A program made the translations under genes and the position numbers. From Candidatus Methylomirabilota bacterium (GTDB lineage: Bacteria; Methylomirabilota; Methylomirabilia; Rokubacteriales; CSP1-6), in assembly GCA_046726415.1 (NCBI GenBank), contig JBKPAK010000156.1, positions 1-64,000 on the forward strand: a stretch of 64,000 nucleotides of DNA, in the 5' to 3' direction. Each line of letters starts with the position of its first letter. Positions within the stretch are counted from its first letter, which is position 1. A model generated the notes under the pieces. That model saw only the letters and a program-made list of their open reading frames with translations, was not told where the DNA came from and searched no databases. Of this stretch, positions 51,405 through 60,406 are shown piece after piece.

Positions 51405-52162
51405 GGCCGACTCCTTGACTGAAGGAGCTTGGTCACTGCGGTGTGAGTGGCCAGGTCGTCCCAGTCACGCGCTCCGGTCTCGCGGACCACGACGTCGCCG
51501 CCACGGTCAATCAGATACGTGGTCGGCAAGCCAAGCACTCGGTAGGCACTTGCCGTGGACCACTCGGGGTCGAGCACGATGGGGAACGTCACCTTCACCT
51601 CCTTCAGGAACGCCTCCACCCCCGCCGTGGACAACACGTCGAGGTTGATGGCGACCACCTCGAGGCCTTGATCCTTGTGGCGCTGGTACAGTCGCTCGAT
51701 CGCGGGCATCTCGGTGCGGCAAGGAATGCACCAAGTCGCCCAGAAGTTCAGGACAACCGCCTTGCCCCGCTGGCCCGACAGGCTGAGGGCCACGCCGTCC
51801 AGCGAGCGGAGAGTGAAGTCAGGAGCCGGAAACCGCGCCGGTCCCACCGCGGGCGGGCTCCCCATGCGCTCCAGGGCGACGATCAGCCACTCGGGGCCAC
51901 GCGATTGGAGGGTGAATCGAACGACATCGCCCGGCTGCAGATCCCCGAGCAGGCTCGGCCGCTCTAAGCGAAACGCCATGCGCATGGCCGGCATGACGCC
52001 GCGGATCGGCCCATGATCGAGGGTGATGCTCCCGCTCGAACCGTCGACGGCCACGACGGTCCCTTCTCCCTGGGCACTGGGCTCGGCGCTGGCAAGACCC
52101 GGCCGGGCAAGCAACAGGACGACAAGCACGAGGGCCGCGAGCAAGACCCGATCCCTGGGCAT
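51401..52162 (-). CDS. CusF-like copper-binding domain fused to a TlpA/ResA thioredoxin (Cys form, WCIPC)
   Basis: LDHGPI..MPAMRMAF and NFWATWCIPC motifs. Confidence 0.88.
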   Translation of the reverse strand: MPRDRVLLAALVLVVLLLARPGLASAEPSAQGEGTVVAVDGSSGSITLDHGPIRGVMPAMRMAFRLERPSLLGDLQPGDVVRFTLQSRGPEWLIVALERMGSPPAVGPARFPAPDFTLRSLDGVALSLSGQRGKAVVLNFWATWCIPCRTEMPAIERLYQRHKDQGLEVVAINLDVLSTAGVEAFLKEVKVTFPIVLDPEWSTASAYRVLGLPTTYLIDRGGDVVVRETGARDWDDLATHTAVTKLLQSRSRP

Positions 52163-52249
52163 GAATATCCCTCCCGAGGGGCCGACCGGATCATCGATCG
52201 ACGGCGCCGGATTGTCAACCGGACCAACCCAACGCCCCGCGGAATCAGA

Positions 52250-52996
52250 TCACAGCCGGATCTGGTGCGAGGCCTCCCAGCGCTGTCCTTCGTTGTTGAT
52301 GAACACGACGCGCAACGTGCCGCCGCGCGTGACCCGGAGGGGAAATCGGATCAGGGGATTGGCGCTCACGGCCGAGGTCATCTGGAACTCGCTGACCCTC
52401 TGGTCATCGAAGAAGACTAACGTCTGCTTCACGAAGAACTCCGGCGCCTCGCGGACATGCTTGCCGCCCTTCAGGATCAGCCCCGTGTAGGAGTTGTGGT
52501 CGACTTTGGCGCGCACCTGCACGATCTCGCCCGGCCTGATCGATTCCGGAAAGCGGATCCGAGGGTTGCCGAGACGGTCGCGGCTCATGTCCGGGGGACC
52601 GGCGCACCCGCCTTCCGTCACCCTGATCTCTTTGGTCGCGATGAAGCGCCCGTGTCGCGAGCATTCGGCCGTGACCTTGAGAACACCGCCAGCCCCGGAG
52701 CGCATATGAAACGCGACCCCAGCCTGTCCGTTGGCGGGCGTGAAGAGATACGTGCCCTTGTTCGGGACTGGATCGTTGTCCAGCCTGATCTCGATCGATC
52801 GGATGAAGTGGTCGGGCTCCATCGGGTGGTTGACCGAGACTTGGAGGGGCACGGCCCCCGGATCTTCCGCCAGGGTCGGCGCGTCGATCACGGCACGATG
52901 CTCGCGCTCCAGAGCCGGCTGGGCGCGCGGGCGACCTGGTGCCAGGAGCGTGAGAGCTCCCCCGAGGAGCAACACGCGGCGGGAGCGATCCATCAC
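52250..52996 (-). CDS. SoxY-SoxZ fusion sulfur-carrier-like protein
   Basis: RRVLLL Tat-like signal, LAEDPGAVP..NPVP-like SoxY region with TEGGC, then SoxZ-like HNSYTG..SAVSANP. Confidence 0.8.
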   Translation of the reverse strand: MMDRSRRVLLLGGALTLLAPGRPRAQPALEREHRAVIDAPTLAEDPGAVPLQVSVNHPMEPDHFIRSIEIRLDNDPVPNKGTYLFTPANGQAGVAFHMRSGAGGVLKVTAECSRHGRFIATKEIRVTEGGCAGPPDMSRDRLGNPRIRFPESIRPGEIVQVRAKVDHNSYTGLILKGGKHVREAPEFFVKQTLVFFDDQRVSEFQMTSAVSANPLIRFPLRVTRGGTLRVVFINNEGQRWEASHQIRL

Positions 52997-53123
52997 ACGC
53001 TCATTATCGCAAAGACGATCAACGGGTTCGATGTCGAGCCGGGGGGCCTTGCCCGCCTGAGCACCTCCATCGCCGAGGCAAGGGACTGGCGTCTACGATC
53101 TCCTCGGTCGGGGTGTCGCGCAG

Positions 53124-53705
53124 TCAGTCCAGGGCGGCCAGCGTCACCTTGACAACGTCTTCGAGGACGGCGCGATCGGGCGATGTCTTGGCCATGACGG
53201 AGAGCCCCTGAGCACTGTTGGTCAAGAACCGCGCCAGGGCCCGCGGATTGCGCGTGGGGTCGATCTCGCCCGCCTTCTGGGCGCGGACCACCGCGCGATG
53301 GAAGGCGGTCTCGATCTTCGCCAGCACCGCGCCCACCCTGCTGGCCGTCCCCCGATCGCGCGAGGCCAACTCCGCGGTCGAATTCGTCACCAGGCAGCCG
53401 CGAGGGCGTCCAGGCTCCAAGGCCAGGTCGACCTTGAGCCGGAAGAACCGGCGGATGGCGCCCTTCCCCGACCCCTGGCCCTCCAGAGTTGCCAGCAGCT
53501 TGGCGGTGACCACGCGGTCGTAGTGGTCGATGGCCGCGAAGAAGAGCGCCCGCTTGTCCCCGAACGTGTCGTAGAGACTGCCGCGCTGAATGCCCATCCG
53601 CGCCACGAGGTGCTCGATCGACGTAGCCTCGTACCCTCGGGACCAGAAGACCTGCATGGCCCGGTCGAGGACCACGTCGCGATCGAACTCCTTGGGGCGA
53701 CCCAC
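53124..53705 (-). CDS. TetR-family regulator (NemR/ComR-like, conserved RGCL)
   Basis: GRPKEFD..FWSRGYEATS..GSLYDTFGDK and RGCLVTN motifs. GTG start. Confidence 0.92.
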   Translation of the reverse strand: MGRPKEFDRDVVLDRAMQVFWSRGYEATSIEHLVARMGIQRGSLYDTFGDKRALFFAAIDHYDRVVTAKLLATLEGQGSGKGAIRRFFRLKVDLALEPGRPRGCLVTNSTAELASRDRGTASRVGAVLAKIETAFHRAVVRAQKAGEIDPTRNPRALARFLTNSAQGLSVMAKTSPDRAVLEDVVKVTLAALD

Positions 53706-53726
53706 GCCCCATCGAGTACCAGTTTC

Positions 53727-53744
53727 GGAACGGTCGGTCAAGAA
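53727..53744 (-). promoter_or_regulatory. Putative TetR operator 1 (TTCTTGACCGACCGTTCC on the minus strand)
   Basis: Matches 53880-53897 at 16 of 18 positions in inverted orientation. Lies just upstream of tetR. Confidence 0.6.
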
Positions 53745-53879
53745 AATGTGATACGGTCCGCCCGTTCGCGCGCCCGCGATGGCCACCACCGCCGGCCGGG
53801 GGGAGGTTCACCGATCATCCGATCAGCACGATGGTCGTGATCTGCGCGATTCTGCGTCGCGCGCTGGGCTGAGGCGCCA

Positions 53880-53912
53880 TTCTTGATCGATCGTTCCAGA
53901 TCATGCTATGGT
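53880..53912 (+). promoter_or_regulatory. Putative TetR operator 2 overlapping a sigma70-like promoter (TTGATC-N18-TATGGT with extended TG)
   Basis: TTCTTGATCGATCGTTCC at 53880-97, -10 at 53907-12. Precedes the selenoprotein operon. Confidence 0.55.
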
Positions 53913-53991
53913 ACGTCGGCGCGCGGCCAGCTCCGCGACCGGAACGGAGCGCCGCAACCGACGCTCGGCGTCGGGCCGAAAGGAGCCCCCG

Positions 53992-54159
53992 ATGGCCTCA
54001 CGGGTACAGTCCGTGGAACTCGTCTTCGCCCGCGGCATCTTCAACTGGGGCAACAAGTTCAACATCGCGATGCGCCTGGACACCGACGGCGCCGCATACC
54101 CGCGCGGGATGCAGTACCAAGACGCCCTCACGTTCTGGCGGCAAGCCCCAGCGGCGTAG
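53992..54159 (+). pseudogene. Short ORF, probably an internally deleted AhpD/CMD-like gene remnant
   Basis: AAGGAG RBS. MASRVQS is followed directly by VELVFARGIFNWGNKFN, which resembles a CMD-family C-terminal helix. Confidence 0.35.
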
Positions 54160-54182
54160 ATCCACTCACCCGGGAGGGTTCA

Positions 54183-54845
54183 ATGGCACTTCAGGAAAAG
54201 CTCGACGCGATGCGGGAAATGTCCAAGACGCGGATCCCCCCTGAAGCCCGGGCGGTCATGGAGCGCAGCATCGCCGACCTCCGGGCCTCCGGGATCATGA
54301 ACCGGGTCGCCCGGGTCGGGCAAACCGCTCCGCCCTTCACGCTGCCCAACGCCGACGGGCAGTCGGTCAGCCTGACGGAATTGACGGCCCGCGGCCCGGT
54401 CGTGCTGTCGTTCTACCGCGGCCGCTGGTGACCGTACTGCAACGCAGAGCTGGAGGCTCTGCAGCAGACCCTGCCCGAGATCACCGCCGCCGGCGCCACC
54501 CTCGCCGTCATCTCGCCCCAGGTGGCGCGCACGCCCCGCGAGACGGAGGAGCCCAAGCCGCTGTCGTTCGAGCTCCTGCGCGACTTCGGCAATAAGGTCG
54601 CCGAGGCGTATGGCCTGGTCTTCACCTTGCCCGACGACCTGCGCGCGATCTACCTCAAGTTCGGCATCGACCTGGCCCTGGGTAACGGTGATGGCACCTG
54701 GCGGCTCCCCGTCCCCGCCCGGTTCGTGATCGATGGCCAGGGCATCATCCGCGATGTCGACGCCGACCCCGACTACACCCGGCGCTCAGAGCCGGCCCGG
54801 ACCGTGGAGATCCTCCGCGGCCTGCCTGGAAAGGAGCGAGCATGA
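54183..54845 (+). CDS. Peroxiredoxin-like AhpC/TSA family, predicted selenoprotein (U83, FYRGRWUPYC)
   Basis: In-frame TGA 54429-31 at the Cys of FYRGxWCPYC. The frame continues to LPVPARFVID..DYT.R. Hairpin at 54444-54462. Confidence 0.92.
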
Positions 54846-55366
54846 GCACCGTGCCCGATGGGCTGAACCCCAACATCCAGACCCGCGAGATCGTGTTCGA
54901 TGCCGACGTCAACCTGGTCACGCCGTTTCTCAAGCTCGCCACGGTCAGCCGGGGCGGCGCCGGCCACATGACCTTCGCCTCCGACGAGGGACCCACCCTC
55001 GGCGGGCTGGGCTCGGCGCCCACGCCCCTCATGTACTTCAGTGCCGCCCTCGCGTTCTGACTCATGACCCAGGTGTCCCGGTACGGGCACATGCTGAAGG
55101 TCACGGTGAACGGGATGCGGATGCGGGTGACGGCGCGCTACCGGGTCGACGGCTCGGTACTGAACGACACCATCCAGGGCCAGATGCTGGGCGCCGAGAC
55201 CACCTTGGAGATCGACTCGCCGGACCCCCCGGAGCGCGTGGCCCGGGTCGTGCGCAACGCCGAGCGCGGCTGCTTCGTCATGCAGGCGCTCCAGAAGCCG
55301 GTGCCGGTCACCGGCCGCACCTTGCTGAACGGTGCGCCCCTGGAGGCGGCCACCGCTGTACCCTGA
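54842..55366 (+). CDS. OsmC/Ohr-like protein, predicted selenoprotein (U73)
   Basis: DEG..LGG.GSAPTPLMYFSAALAF-TGA(55058-60)-LMTQ, with second Cys in AERGCFV. Two track ORFs join in frame. Hairpin at 55073-55090. Confidence 0.88.
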
Positions 55367-55435
55367 GCGCGTCGGGCGCCGGCCAGGCGGAGGCCTTCCC
55401 GCAGCGCGCAATCGTGGAACCTCGAGGAGGAGAGT

Positions 55436-55963
55436 GTGGCGGGATTGACCGACCGTGCGGAATGGGACCAGCGGCGACACCTGGACAAGATCCACCCTCT
55501 TCCAGATTTCGGCCCGACCCCGTTCGTGCCCGGCCCCCCGCTCGGAGAGCGGCGGGTCGCCATTGTTACCACCGCCGGAATTCACCCGCGCGGCGTCCGC
55601 CCGTTCGAGGTGGGCTCGACGGATTACCGAGTCATTCCCGGCGACACGCCGCCCGGCAATCTGGTGATGAGCCATACCTCGGTCAATTTCGACCGCACGG
55701 GCTTCCAGGAGGACGTGAACGTCGTCTTTCCCCTCGAACGACTGCGCGAGCTGCACAAGGACGGCGTGGTGGGCGCGATCGCCGGTCTCCACTATTCATT
55801 CATGGGCGCCTCGCCCATCCAGGCCTTAGAGCCGAATGCGCGTAAGCTGGCCGGCCTGATGAAAAACGAGGGGGTCGACGCGGTTCTCCTCGTTCCCGTC
55901 TGACCGAACTGCACGTGTGCCGTCGGCGCACTCGGGCACTTCATCGAACGAGAGGGTGTGCCG
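55436..55963 (+). CDS. PrdB/GrdB-like reductase selenoprotein B (U156, VUPNC), C-terminally truncated
   Basis: GAGGAGG RBS, AIVTTAG, D.NVVFPLERL, YSFMG and VDAVLLVPV-TGA(55901-03)-PNC..IEREGVP. Similarity stops near 55963, though the frame stays open to 56170. Confidence 0.8.
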
Positions 55964-55965
55964 TC

Positions 55966-56846
55966 ATGCTCGCCCTCGCCACTGTCCTGTTCGCCCCCAT
56001 GCTGGCCTCTGGCGAGGCCTTCGGCCGCCCGGTGGCCGGCGCGGTCGCGCCAGCCAGCCTGTCGGTGCTGGTTGGCGCCTTCGTGTTCGCGATCGGGATG
56101 CAGCTCGGCGGGGGCTGCGGGTCAGGCACGCTCTACCACGTGGGCGTGGGGAGCAGCAGGCTCGTTCTGACGCTGCTCTTCTTCGTGGTGGGCGCAGTGC
56201 TCGCCACCTTCCACATGCCCTTCTGGACGGCGCTGCCCTCGCTCGGAGAGATCTCGCTTGGGGAGCGCCTCGGCTCGGGAACCGCCGTCGCCCTCCGGCT
56301 CGCCGTCTGTGGACTCCTGGCCGTCGCGACACTGTGGGTGGATCGGCGGCGCGGGCTGCCGGCTTCACCGAGGACGTCCGCCCCGCCCGGTGGATGGTGG
56401 CGCATCCTTCAGGGCCCATGGTCGCTGGTGGCTGGAGGTGTCCTGCTCGCCCTGCTCAACCTCCTCACGCTTCTGGTCGCCGGTCACCCCTGGACGATCA
56501 CGTGGGCGTTCGCCCTGTGGGGCGGAAAGGCCCTAGCCCTGAGCGGGTACGATCTCTCGGCGATTCCGTTCTGGACGGAGCCATTCCAGCAGCACGCGCT
56601 GGCCGCCCCGGTGCTCGCTGACGCAACCTCGGTCATGGACATCGGTCTCGTGCTCGGCGCCTTCCTCGGGGGCGGACTGGCCGGCCGCGTCGCGCCCAAA
56701 CCCCGCGTGCCGCTCTCCCGCCTGGCCGCCTCGGTCGTCGGAGGGCTGATTCCACGAGCCTCCATGGCTGGTTCTGGGGTGTAGCCGCTCTCGTGGGGAC
56801 GCCCATCGGCGTGCACCTGCGCCGTCGCTTTGGCCTCGACGATTGA
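55966..56846 (+). pseudogene. YeeE/YedE sulfur(/selenium) transporter, N-terminally truncated, with internal deletion and frameshift
   Basis: FAIGMQLGGGCGSGTL motif present. Near 56750, VVGGL jumps frame to STSLHGWFW..RFGLDD*, and the second GC motif segment is missing. Confidence 0.75.
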
Positions 56847-56888
56847 CATGGAGATGGCGGCGTTCCGGCGCTCTTCGGGCCGTCGGCG

Positions 56889-56914
56889 GGAATTGACGGA
56901 CCGGTCGGCGGGTT
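56889..56914 (+). promoter_or_regulatory. SigR/SigH-type ECF promoter GGAAT-N18-GTT
   Basis: GGAAT at 56889-93 and GTT at 56912-14, upstream of the ORF at 56955. Confidence 0.55.
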
Positions 56915-56954
56915 ATTCCTGGCAGGAGAAGTTCGCGCTGGCAGGAGGAGAATC

Positions 56955-57212
56955 ATGCTGCAACGGCTCGTGCTCATCATCTCGGTATCGCTCGCCGCGG
57001 CCGTGCTCGTCGTCGCGCCGGGTGTCTGGCGGCCGAGCCGTGCGCCGGAACTGACAGACCCTCAGATGGTGGCGACGCCCGTAATCCTCGGGTGCATCCC
57101 GTTGCCCGCGGGCGCGGCCGGGGAGGAGCAACCGCAATCGCAAGGCGAGAGCTGCCTCGAACGCACGCATGCCGACTTCCGGACCGATCGAATCGCCATC
57201 CTCGAGTGCTGA
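56955..57212 (+). CDS. Small membrane-anchored/exported hypothetical protein with three Cys
   Basis: AGGAGGAG RBS, hydrophobic N-terminus, ECF promoter upstream. Confidence 0.55.
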   Translation: MLQRLVLIISVSLAAAVLVVAPGVWRPSRAPELTDPQMVATPVILGCIPLPAGAAGEEQPQSQGESCLERTHADFRTDRIAILEC

Positions 57213-57223
57213 CGGTGCTGCCG

Positions 57224-57684
57224 CTACCGGGCGGCGAGCGCGGTATCTACGATGGCCTTGAAGATCGGATCCAGCTCGCGCCCGATGGCCTGGACCTCGA
57301 GATGTGCGTACCGGCCAAACACGACGGAGGGCGGGGCGTAGGTCACGGTGGCGGTCCCGTCCGCGTTCTCGTACGCGTAGATGCGGATCGGTGGCTCGAA
57401 CCCCGCCGCGGGATCGGCCGAGAGCAAGCGGACCGCGTAGTCGTTGCGGAACACCGTGAAGACCTGGTTCCCGAGGAAGGAGACGCCGCGCGCGGCGGCG
57501 CCCTTCTGGGCGTTGGCGTGACAGACGAGCGCCATGTTCTGGTCAGTGATCGCCTGCTCGATGGCTCCGGTCACGCGGGCGAACGGTGCGCGCGAAACGC
57601 TGGTCACGCGGCCGTCCTGCGCGAGCACGGGACCCGGGGAAGCGACGAACACGGCGGCGCGAAGGCGATCAGGCGAACGAGCAC
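57224..57684 (-). pseudogene. DUF302-family protein with a 1-nt frameshift in the signal peptide
   Basis: GAGGAGG + GTG 57684 gives MLVRLIAFA, out of frame with AAVFVASPGPVLAQD...FEPPIRIYAYE..YAPPS. Confidence 0.65.
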
Positions 57685-57696
57685 GCTGTCCTCCTC

Positions 57697-58906
57697 TCAA
57701 GTCAGGGGTAGCTCGCGCCGGAAGACCTCGAACGCCGACCGGCGTGTCGCCTCCATGGCCTGCCGGATCTCCTGCGTGCCGGCCCCCGCGCCGGATGCCA
57801 GCAGCGACTCGAAGAAGCGCGTGTAGAAGTGGTCGGGGTACACGGTCACGGTCGCTCGCAGGCGCAGGTCAGGACGATCGATGCGGTGGCGGTAGGCGAA
57901 CTCACTCTTACCGCCCGGCGGGATGCGGGTGTCGAAAATCTCCCCGGAGAGGTCCAGAACCACCTCGCGGGCGATCCGGTGCTCCTGCACGCTGCCTGAC
58001 ACGACCGTGCCCGAGCGGTCCACGAGCGCGACGCGAAAGACGACGTGAGGCGTCACGTACGTCGGAAAGTGGTGGCCCACCCCGATGCTTCGGATCTGGA
58101 CGGCGGCGCGCACCTCGTCTCCGGGCTGATAGCGGCGCCGATCGGTCGTCACCGCGACCTCGATGCCCGCCTTGACCATCTCTGGGTCACGGATCCCCCG
58201 CCACAGATGGCGGCGGTCGGGCATGTGAAGTCTTGGCACTGTTGTCCTCGCCGGGCGGCCGGGCTCGCCCTCCACTCCTCGTACGTGTTCTCGAGCGGCT
58301 TGCCGTTGAGGGTCAGGTCGTCCGGGCCGAACTGGTGGCACGAGGAACAGAACTCGGACCGGCGGAACTCGGGGACCCGCACGGCGCCGGCGTGCGGCAC
58401 CGGTCGGCCCGGCGAATTGTTGACGGTCCCATCCCGGCGGGGCGGGCCGTATCGCCGGTTGTTGCGGACGTGGCACCCCGCACACACGAGCCCTTGCTGG
58501 TACAGGCGGCGGTCGAAGTCCGGGTTCGCCACCAGCGTGTCGCCGAGGGTTCGCACCGGGTGCTGCTCGGTGAGGGGCGCGTGGCAGGTCAGGCACAGCC
58601 GGGCCGTCGCGGGATCCGTCCGCCGCATCTCGGCGAGCTGCCCACTGACCCCCGGCCCTATGCTGCGCGCGTGCAGGGTTGTCTTCCAGTCGGCGAGCTG
58701 CACGGGGTGTCAGATCCCGCAGCTCGCCGGATCCAGGGAGCGTTCCAAGGGCTGAAGTGCAAGGGCGCCGGGCCCTGAGGGGGCACAGGCAACCGCCAGT
58801 GGCGCGCCAGAAACTCGCGATCGCGTTCGGTTACCTGCGCTCCCTCCAGCCCCACCCCGGCGGCGAGGAGCGCGATGCCCAGGCAGGCCAATGCCCAGCG
58901 TGCCAT
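57697..58906 (-). pseudogene. Pentaheme cytochrome c (c554-like), with two frameshifts and an in-frame TGA
   Basis: Heme motifs CGI*H, CLTCH, CAGCH, CSSCH and CQD(fs)HM. 1-nt deletions near 58750 and 58229. Confidence 0.8.
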
Positions 58907-58916
58907 CCCGTTGAAA

Positions 58917-58942
58917 AACACCGTGCGAGAGGCCCCTATTCC
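58917..58942 (-). promoter_or_regulatory. SigR/SigH-type ECF promoter GGAAT-N18-GTT for the cytochrome gene
   Basis: Minus strand reads GGAAT-AGGGGCCTCTCGCACGGT-GTT. Confidence 0.6.
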
Positions 58943-58973
58943 GGCGGGCCGGCAGGCCGATCAGGGCCCCCGA

Positions 58974-58999
58974 GGAATATCGAGACGGCCTCGACGGTT
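58974..58999 (+). promoter_or_regulatory. SigR/SigH-type autoregulatory ECF promoter GGAAT-N18-GTT
   Basis: GGAAT at 58974-78 and GTT at 58997-99, directly upstream of the sigma gene. Confidence 0.65.
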
Positions 59000-59002
59000 G
59001 AA

Positions 59003-59030
59003 TAGGTTGACAGTCGTAGGTTGACAGTCG
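59003..59030. repeat. Perfect 14-bp tandem duplication TAGGTTGACAGTCG x2
   Basis: Copies at 59003-16 and 59017-30, spanning the TTG start of the sigma gene. Confidence 0.85.
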
Positions 59031-59623
59031 CGACGGGAGAGCAGTCGATCCTCTGGAAGAGCCGGTCCGAGAGCGCGGACGAGTTCGAGCAGGTGGCCCT
59101 CGTCCACCTGGACGCGCTCTACCAGACCGCGCTGCGGTTGACACATAACCGGGCGGAGGCCGAGGACCTCGTGCAGGAGGCGTACCTGCGCGCCTTCCGG
59201 AGCTTCCACCGGTTCAATCCCGGCACCAATTGCCGGGCGTGGCTGTTCACGATCATGAGAAATGTGTTCCTCAACCAGCTGCGGCATGCGGGGCGGGAGG
59301 TTCTGGACGCTGACATGACGATGCTCGATACGGCCACGGAGAGCGCGACGACCGCCCAGCCCCTGCGCGAAAACCCCGAGGAGGAGTTCCTCCAGACGGT
59401 GGTACACGGCGATGTCGACCGCGCCCTCCGCTCCTTGCCGCTGGTCTTTCGCGAGGCCATTGTCTTGGCGGATCTCGAGGGCTTGAGCTACAAGGAGGTT
59501 GCCGAGGTCGTCGGCTGCCCCATCGGTACCGTTATGTCGCGCCTATCCCGCGGCCGGCACCTGCTCCGCCAGGCGCTGGGGCAGCTAGCTCGCGAGCACG
59601 GATACGTGGAGAAGCCGGAATGA
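59021..59623 (+). CDS. ECF sigma factor (SigR/SigH-like)
   Basis: AEDLVQEAYLRA..F.PGTNCRAWLFTIMRN and GTVMSRLSRGR motifs. Confidence 0.92.
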   Translation: MTVATGEQSILWKSRSESADEFEQVALVHLDALYQTALRLTHNRAEAEDLVQEAYLRAFRSFHRFNPGTNCRAWLFTIMRNVFLNQLRHAGREVLDADMTMLDTATESATTAQPLRENPEEEFLQTVVHGDVDRALRSLPLVFREAIVLADLEGLSYKEVAEVVGCPIGTVMSRLSRGRHLLRQALGQLAREHGYVEKPE

Positions 59624-60402
59624 TGTGTACGGAGGTCGAAACCCGGCTGCATCCCTACGTGGACGGCGAGCTCCCGGTCAGCGAGACGGCGGCTATCGAT
59701 GCTCACCTGGCCGGGTGCCCGGAGTGCGCCATCCTCGCCCGCCGCGAGCGAGACTTCCGCACCCTCCTGCGCCGGCAGCCGCGAGAACGGGCCCCCGAGG
59801 AGTTCCGCCGCAGGCTGGCGGCGCGCATCCGGCGTGAGGCTCGGCGCAAGTCGGCCCGGCCGTGGGTCCTGATCCCGGCGCTGGCGGCAGCGGCCGCTGT
59901 CCTGGCCATCGTGATGCTGCCGGCCCGGCAAACCTCCGCCCCCCTGATGGTCGATCTGGTCGACAAGCACATGGCCTACGCGCAGCTCGATCGACCCGCG
60001 GAGCTCGTGTCCGGTGACCCGGCCGAGGTGGCGACCTGGTTCCTCCAGCGAGCGGGACTCCGCGTGACGGTGCCGGACTACTCGCCCGCGGGGATTCGCC
60101 TGGTCGGCGGCCGGCTCGCCGAGGCGCACGAACGCAAGGCCGCCTATCTGATCTACGAGAAAGGCAGCGTCCTGCTCTCGGTGTTCATTGTCCCGACGGG
60201 TGATGAGACCGCGGCCCTTCGCGGCGAGGACGTCAGCTTCCGCGGGCACACCTACGTGAAGAGCGAGCGGAAGGGATTCCGGACGGTCGCGTGGACGGAG
60301 AACCAGGTGCTCTTCGGCCTGGTCTCCAGCCTCGACTATGAGGCTCTTCTCGAATGCGCGGACCGCCTGCGCTATGCGCGGACGCGCCAAGCTCGGTTGT
60401 AG
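59620..60402 (+). CDS. Zinc-finger (HxxxCxxC) transmembrane anti-sigma factor
   Basis: YVDGEL..HLAGCPEC, a TM segment, LVGGRL. Confidence 0.9.
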   Translation: MMCTEVETRLHPYVDGELPVSETAAIDAHLAGCPECAILARRERDFRTLLRRQPRERAPEEFRRRLAARIRREARRKSARPWVLIPALAAAAAVLAIVMLPARQTSAPLMVDLVDKHMAYAQLDRPAELVSGDPAEVATWFLQRAGLRVTVPDYSPAGIRLVGGRLAEAHERKAAYLIYEKGSVLLSVFIVPTGDETAALRGEDVSFRGHTYVKSERKGFRTVAWTENQVLFGLVSSLDYEALLECADRLRYARTRQARL

Positions 60403-60406
60403 GGCG

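Noticed and set aside
57207-57224. C-U-R-C-C readthrough at the end of the 85-aa ORF
   Set aside because: The extension would run antisense into the convergent DUF302 gene and has no family support.
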